Part shown: positions 61,259-64,000 of the stretch, piece after piece
How the letters are laid out: the number at the start of each line of letters is the position of its first letter
Position numbering within the stretch: position 1 is the stretch's first letter
Assembly: GCF_963506605.1 (NCBI RefSeq)
Contig: NC_083281.1
Span: 14,012,001-14,076,000, forward strand
Source of the DNA: Zootoca vivipara
Lineage: Eukaryota
Length of the DNA stretch: 64,000 nucleotides
Reading direction: 5' to 3'
The notes under the pieces: generated by a model
Seen by the model: only the letters and a program-made list of their open reading frames with translations
Told to the model about the DNA's origin: nothing
Databases searched by the model: none
Made by a program: the position numbers and the translations under genes

Positions 61259-62290
61259 CCAGTTTGGGATGTGAGCACCCAGGGCCACCCTAAAGCAGGG
61301 GTGGGTTGACTTTGAAATGAATGAAGCTTAAGCTCCAGGGACCCTGATCTGAGAGGCGCCCCAGAAAGCGACTTTGCATAAAAGTTTGGGTCTAGCAAAC
61401 CCAACTGGAGTCGCATTGAATCAAGCCAAATTGATTTTTGTTGTTGCTGCTGTATGTTTCCACCATCTCAGTAAGTAGCCCAGATGTGGTAATGGTGTGG
61501 TGATTTGTCGTGGAACAACCCTATGGAGGAAGAGAACAGTGAAAGGGCCCCCATGACAGTTCAGGCTTCAGGGCCCCCAGAATGTGGGTCTGCCACTACC
61601 CTAAAGCCATGTGAACTGAAGGGTGAGGCCCCCTGCCCTGCCGCTGCCACAAGGAGCCTTTGCCATGTTTCATGCAGGAGATCCCGTGGGAATGGAGGAG
61701 GAAGGTGGGAGAACAAGCCCCGCTCTCTCTGTCCTCTTAATCCTTCTCTCATGGGGTTGTGGAAAGGCTAAAAATAGGTTGTGCGTAGTCTAACATGCTT
61801 TAATTTAATCAATCCATCAATCAATTAAATGAAACAATAATAGAATTGTGGAGTTGGAAGGGACTCCCGAGGTCCTGCTAGGCCAACTCTTTGCACGGCA
61901 GGAATCACAGCTGAAGCATCCCTGACAAGTGGCCATCCAACCTCCGCTTAAAAGCCTCCATAGAAGGAGAGTCTGCCATCTTCTGAGGGAGTCTCTTCCG
62001 CTGCCTAACAGCTCTTAGCATCAGAGAAAGCTATCCTGCCATTTTGACGAGGGACTTGGACACAGGAATCACTAAGCCTTGTGCTGAGTCAGACTTATGG
62101 GTCCATCTAGCCCAATATTGTCTACACTGACTGGCAGCAGTGGTCTCCAGGATTTCGGGCAGTGAGTACCTCCCAGCCCTACTGGAGATGCTGCAGAGAA
62201 TTGAACCTGGGACTTTCTCCATGCAAAGCAGCTGCTCTCTACCACTGTGCCACAGCCCCTTGTAGCCTTGGGCTTCAGCTCCTGTCATTT

Positions 62291-62824
62291 ACCACTGTAT
62301 TCTGCTCTGGTCAGACCTCACCTGGAGTACTGTGTCCAGTTCTGGGCACCACAGTTCAAGGAGGATACTGACAAGCTGGAACATGTCCAGAAGAGGACAA
62401 CCAAAATGGTCAAAGGCTTGGAAACAATGCCTTATGAGGAACGGTTTAGGGAGCTGGGTATGTTTAGCCTGGAGAAGAGAAGGTTAAGGGGTGATATGAT
62501 AGCCATGTTCAAATATATAAAAGGATGTCATATAGAGGAGGGTGAAAGATTGTTTTCTGCTGCTCCAGAGAAGCGGACACAGAGCAATGGATTCAAACAG
62601 CAAGAAAGAAGCTTCCACCTAAACATTAGGAAGAACTTCCTGACAGTAAGAGCTGTTCGGCAGTGGAATTTGCTACCAAGGAGTGTGGTGGAGTCTCCTT
62701 CTTTGGAGGTCTTTAAGCAGAGGCTTGACAGGCATATGTCAAGAATGCTTTGATGGTGCTTCCTGCTTGGCAGGGGGTTGGACTGGATGGCCCTTGTGGT
62801 CTCTTCCAACTCTATGATTCTATG
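62291..62824 (+). mobile_element. CR1 LINE 3' fragment
   Basis: [24 protein letters not shown]...[14 protein letters not shown]; attctatg tail. Confidence 0.95.
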
Positions 62825-63033
62825 AATTTAAGCCAGAACAGCTGTTGCTGCCCACAACATCTGGAGGGCACCAGGGCTGGGCAAGGCTGCTCTCAGCTGT
62901 TGACAGCCCGCTCCCCACTCCCCATTCAGCTTCAATGGATGTCTGTCTACTTGTTCTAGTTTTACATTTGCATCTCACCTTTTCTCCAAGAAACCCACTT
63001 AAATCTTTCTCTCTCTTCTCTCTTTTTTAACAG

Positions 63034-63088
63034 CAACAACATGTTGTACCCTAAAGAAGACAAAGAGAACAGGATCCTTCTCTATGCT
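63034..63088 (+). CDS. POLR2I: RNA polymerase II subunit I, exon 2 (gene continues past the window)
   Basis: NNMLYPKEDKENRILLYA; ttttaacag acceptor, gtgagt donor; phase matches exon 1. Confidence 0.95.
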
Positions 63089-63318
63089 GTGAGTGTTAGG
63101 TGGCAATACTCGCTTCAGGTAGACTCTCTTGAGTGCAGAGTTTCACCGTGAGCTGTTGTGGCTTTGTGGCAGTCCTTTCCCAGCTCAGCTGCCTGGGTGG
63201 GACCTTGGGGCCTGGAAACGGGTGAGCCTGGTCATTTTGCCCCGTGTTTGCTAGCTTAGAGCTATGGACCTTGGGAGGCAGCCTTTGAGATTGCTGGGCA
63301 CTGATCACGGGTGTGCAG

Positions 63319-63983
63319 TGTCAGGAGCGAGACAGCAGTGATTCACACAGAGCAGGTGGTTAACTCTTTATTAGAAAAACAGGATCCACACAGGAATGCC
63401 AGGCCTAATGAGCACAGCGACTCTTCTTTGGTAGTTCTTGTCCTTTATGAAGCAGTTGCGGAGACTGAAGGCCCCTGCCTTCCCACAGCCACCTAAGTCT
63501 CCTCTTCCAGGTCTTTCCTAAGCAATCTGAGACTGTGCCTGCAGGTCTTCCTTTGCTCCTCGCCCTTCATACCTCTCCTGGTCCTGGGAGCCCAGGGAAG
63601 AGGGGCACTTGTCACAGCAGGAGGGGGAGACACCTGTGCTGCTTCACCAGCCTGACTCATCTCTGCCTCTTGGCCTCCCTCATCCTGCTCTGCCGTTTCC
63701 GCCTCTGTCTTGGCTTTTCTCTGCCACAGACTCCAAACTCACTAAGCCCTGCTACATCTTCAGCTTTGACACCACCTCCTCCCCATCTTCTCCCTCTGAC
63801 CGCTCGTGGTTGTCCCACCACCAATCCCCATGCTCAGAGCCGCCTTCCCTTGGGGGTTCCCTAGCTGGTGCCTCCCACCGTTCCTCTACGTCCAACCAGT
63901 CCGTGACATCCAGGCAGTTTCTCCCTCCTGGCATCAGTCTTGTAGGTCATGTTTTGCCCCAGGGCTTGCTGGGAACGTGAACA
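63319..63983 (-). mobile_element. LTR-like repeat in POLR2I intron 2
   Basis: Starts TGTCAGGA, AATAAA on - near 63368, similarity to 1-510; no TSD found. Confidence 0.45.
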
Positions 63984-64000
63984 TGTGACCACTCTTCTCT

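Overview
Squamate reptile genomic DNA, most likely a lacertid lizard (inferred from Sauria SINEs, BovB/RTE, CR1, L2 and Penelope repeats), in a block whose genes map to human 19q13. Spliced genes reconstructed by hand from GT-AG boundaries: the 5' part of a SCAN-domain zinc-finger-type gene (-); two convergent NKPD1-like KAP-family P-loop NTPase genes (A on +, about 650 aa; B on -, about 756 aa with a KIDINS220-like SAM domain); SDHAF1 (-); complete six-exon TBCB (-); a complete three-exon DEGS2-like sphingolipid desaturase/hydroxylase (-); and exons 1-2 of POLR2I (+). Most notable: (1) the DEGS-family gene lies between TBCB and POLR2I, which are head-to-head neighbours in human, so it may be a third DEGS paralog; (2) the divergent NKPD1-like pair lies about 22-30 kb away, which suggests but does not prove a skin-ceramide gene neighbourhood; (3) five Penelope-derived minimal hammerhead ribozyme motifs, two of them in a perfect 108-bp inverted repeat upstream of POLR2I; (4) a frame-preserving 351-nt candidate cassette exon in the DEGS-like intron 2; (5) several nested or aberrant transposon structures. 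Family assignments come from remembered motifs, no searches were run, and repeat boundaries without a stated TSD are approximate.
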